Shown here piece after piece: positions 62,501 through 64,000 of a stretch of 64,000 nucleotides of DNA. Within the stretch, counting starts at the first letter, position 1, and every line of letters starts with the position of its first letter. Both the position numbers and the translations under genes were made by a program. The notes beneath the pieces were generated by a model. That model was not told the origin of the DNA. It saw nothing but the letters and a program-made list of their open reading frames with translations, and searched no databases. This stretch comes from Camelus dromedarius (lineage: Eukaryota): the NCBI RefSeq assembly GCF_036321535.1, contig NC_087438.1, forward strand, positions 7,504,001-7,568,000, in the 5' to 3' direction.

Positions 62501-63124
62501 CCCGTAATTGTGGAGCAAAGATACATTTGATTTCTCACAACTGGTACGTAAATGAAAAGCAGCAAATGAGGTCTACACAGAGAATGAAAAATATACACAG
62601 TATGTAGGTAACAATACATGGCCACTAACCTTTTCTGATACTTACTCTGACTCATAAGCACGTTCATGTGCGTGTGTATCCAGCCCCACCGGTCATAGAT
62701 TTTTATGCAGACACACACACTCAATAACATTAGAATTGCTGAGTGAATAATCTTATAAACTCACTATAACTCTGGGAGTAAGACAGGTTGACCCATTTTT
62801 CCCAAGAAAAACAAAAGCCAACAAACAAAAGGGAGGAGAAAGGATGTTAGACTTATGTGGGACACAACTCTGTTGAGTGCACACTGGGACCAGAAGCCAG
62901 ATTTTTAAGCCCCAATCCCGTTTTCCCCCACTATTGGTTGCCTTCTCAAGGAGAGTTTTGGGAGCTGTTTCCCCTTCTCTAAGAAGGCTGTTTTGTAATC
63001 CCAAATGGTGCTGGGAAAAAAAAAAAAAAGGCACTGAATGAAGACACGACTTGATGTGAATGCTGTAATCTAGAACAAGAATTAAGAAACAGAAAATGCA
63101 CATTCGCTTCTCCATGTGTATGTT

Positions 63125-63250
63125 TTGTAACCTTGGCTCTGTCCCTGAAACTTTCTGAGCCTCAGTTTCCTTATCTGCAAGCTGGAGATGTGAACAAGGA
63201 CTTCCCTCGGGACTGGTGTGAGAATCTAGGACCGTCTAAGTGCAGCCCAC
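63125..63250 (+). mobile_element. MIR fragment
   Basis: ctttctgagcctcagtttccttatctgcaa. Confidence 0.6.
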
Positions 63251-63846
63251 ACACCCGCAGAGCTCTGCGTCGCCCCGTCAGCTCTCTATGAGATCCGGAG
63301 ACACGAGGGCTTCTCTGCCCTCATTGATGGAGGAACTGGGCCTGTAAAAGGCCAAGCACAGAGAATGGTAGCTAATGCGGGGACACCAGCTCTCGTCCTG
63401 GTCGCACACTGGGAAGTGCTTTGTAAACCATGATATACTATAGAATGTACTGTCGTTATTGCAGACCGAGGTTTCATTAGCATTCACGAAATACAAGAGT
63501 TGTCCCAGGGTGTATTAAAACAACTCTGCCTATCAGTCAGTCTGGTGAGCCCTGCTTTCTTAACCTGGGCTGGTGCACACGTTCTGTCTTCTTGTACTGT
63601 TGTGTGATGGATGAGAATTTTTATATTCTTCCTCACGACACAGGATTTCTCTTCCATTGTTGATACTGCTCGGAAAGAGAGGGCAGCAGCCATTCTCCAC
63701 TTTGTAACATCCAGGATGTTTTCTTATGACGTTATGGGAGGTTTAAATAATATTAATTTAAATATAATTTGTTTGACACCCACAAGGACACATACAATAT
63801 TTGAAGGAGATGCGCATGTCCCAAAGTCAAATACAAATGATAGACA

Positions 63847-63848
<2 letters not shown>

Positions 63849-63890
<42 letters not shown>
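63849..63890. repeat. (AC)n microsatellite
   Basis: Read directly from the sequence. Confidence 0.95.
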
Positions 63891-63894
<4 letters not shown>

Positions 63895-64000
63895 TCCTTC
63901 AGGTTTTTATTGGGCTTCAACTTGTCAGTCAGTCACAGGGTAACTGAGAAGCATTTTGAGGCATTTTTCAAAAGTAATTCAATAGCTGATAAAGGACATG

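Noticed and set aside
1..64000. A novel multi-gene or prokaryote-type system
   Set aside because: The window is accounted for by one known spliced gene, its promoter and common mammalian repeats; I found no second credible coding gene or RNA gene.

Overview
Mammalian genomic DNA, most likely camelid, judged from four vic-1-like tRNA-derived SINEs and matching young L1 3' ends. The window holds the complete coding region of DAP (death-associated protein 1) on the minus strand in four exons: 59387-59333, 47578-47482, 2357-2315 and 751-638. All introns are GT-AG (11,754, 45,124 and 1,563 nt). The 309-nt CDS gives a 102-aa protein, MSSSPEGKLETKAGHPPAVKAGGMRIVQKHPHSGDTKEEKDQDDQEWESPSPPKPTVFISGVIARGDKDFPPAAAQVAHQKPHASMDKHSSPRTQHIQQPRK. 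A CpG-island promoter lies at about 59.2-59.95 kb, and the 3' UTR runs off the left edge. The rest is intronic or upstream sequence filled with L1, L2, MIR, SINE, MaLR/ERV solo LTRs, DNA-transposon relics and microsatellites. I found no convincing new biological system. The best leads are an intact-looking antisense ERV1 solo LTR with a phased CCAAT array plus Sox/Oct motifs, an open alternative frame if exon 3 is skipped, a near-consensus CTCF site beside exon 2, and a twin-primed (5'-inverted) L1 insertion. Repeat subfamily names come from recalled consensus sequences and need RepeatMasker/Dfam confirmation.
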